A stretch of 63,689 bases of DNA, filler included, from Octopus bimaculoides (Eukaryota): the NCBI RefSeq assembly GCF_001194135.2. It is 6 parts of 6 records of this genome, joined end to end, with 100 filler letters (N's around TTAATTAATTAA, not from the genome) between each part and the next. Parts side by side here need not be neighbours in the genome. Positions count along the whole stretch, not along the records: positions 61,331 to 63,689 come from NC_069005.1; 5 more parts are not named here. The stretch is one strand, 5' to 3'. The notes beneath the pieces were generated by a model. It had not been told where the DNA came from. It saw only the letters and a program-made list of their open reading frames with translations, and made no database searches. Shown one piece after another: positions 63,433 through 63,689 of this stretch; position 1 is the stretch's first letter; the number at the start of each line of letters is the position of its first letter. The translations under genes and the position numbers were made by a program.

Positions 63433-63689
63433 GTAAGTTCCTTTCTTATGATTATATCTCCATTGGTGTAAGTTCTCCTGTTGGAGAGGGGTGTAGGTTT
63501 GAGATGGCATGTGGTGGGGGAAAGTAATTTATGTAATGTGTGGGGTGGATGACGATGTATGATAGGGTGGGGTGGGGGATGAGCTTAATGTAGTACCAAG
63601 GGGTTCTGTGATATGGGGGGGGGAACATGTGGCAGATGGTGGGGGTTGTAATGTGATACAGAGAGGTGATATAAGTAGGGGAATGTAGT

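Overview
Animal genomic DNA: very AT-rich, packed with microsatellites and transposons, with about 3.5 kb of N. The repeat families and repeat density suggest an octopus genome (inference). Two host genes are supported, both on the + strand and both partial. The first is the last two coding exons (7888-8206, 10658-11731) of a cysteine-containing LRR protein of F-box/LRR type. The second is three consecutive C-terminal exons (61388-61504, 61690-61839, 63256-63432) of axonemal dynein heavy chain DNAH2. In the ~50 kb between them I found no host exon. That stretch holds decayed mobile DNA: tRNA-derived SINEs, several Penelope-like retroelements (PLEs), RTE, L1/Tx1 and R4/Dong LINE remnants, Tc1, mariner, hAT and Helitron remnants, and many fold-back MITEs. 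Five gaps carry an artificial TTAATTAATTAA linker. Best leads: (i) four minimal hammerhead-ribozyme-like motifs in PLE-type termini, in three variants that each deviate at a different core position (G3, G9, U6); (ii) a 142-bp-arm near-perfect palindrome; (iii) a palindromic element built around a tRNA-like core; (iv) a 64-nt pre-miRNA-sized hairpin; (v) DNAH2 3' exons with no visible upstream exons. Family assignments are from recalled motifs; no database search was run.
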